DNA of 63,868 nucleotides, counting the filler, from Octopus bimaculoides (taxonomy: Eukaryota), in the NCBI RefSeq assembly GCF_001194135.2. It is 4 parts of 4 records of this genome, joined end to end, with 100 filler letters (N's around TTAATTAATTAA, not from the genome) between each part and the next. Parts side by side here need not be neighbours in the genome. Positions count along the whole stretch, not along the records: positions 55,442 to 63,868 come from NC_068985.1; 3 more parts are not named here. The stretch is one strand, 5' to 3'. This document shows, in pieces, positions 63,820 to 63,868 of this stretch. Numbering within the stretch: position 1 is the first letter of the stretch; every line of letters begins with the position of its first letter. The position numbers and the translations under genes were made by a program. The notes beneath the pieces were generated by a model. That model searched no databases, had not been told where the DNA came from, and saw only the letters and a list, made by a program, of their open reading frames with translations.

Positions 63820-63868
63820 TGGTTTCTTAAACATTCACTTGAACAAAACTGTACAAATCCAAATATAT

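Overview
AT-rich, microsatellite-dense eukaryotic DNA from a gapped draft assembly. The tandem C2H2 zinc-finger cluster, the SINE repertoire and the (TA)n/(CA)n/(TAA)n load suggest a coleoid cephalopod, most likely Octopus (inference). The first ~11.5 kb holds three C2H2-ZNF arrays. Two are recent paralogs from a ~7.8 kb-offset duplication and differ mostly in their recognition helices. The third is a pseudogene split by a SINE. The remaining ~52 kb is almost all transposon debris, with a few weak host-exon candidates. It includes four Penelope-like lineages (one Naiad-like), RTE, CR1-like, Tx1/L1 and RLE (Dong/R4-like) LINEs, Tc1/mariner elements (DD37D, DD41D, mariner), MITEs, at least three SINE families and two minisatellites. 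The best leads are (1) two tandem Type I hammerhead ribozymes on the minus strand at 20066-20473, with cleavage sites 359 nt apart (retrozyme or Penelope pLTR-like), and (2) a TSD-bounded, ORF1-only (HAL1-like) L1/Tx1 retroelement at 3523-4788 whose 3' end resembles the Tx1 LINE at 61563. No rRNA, tRNA gene or CRISPR array was seen. All family assignments come from motif recognition by eye, not database searches.
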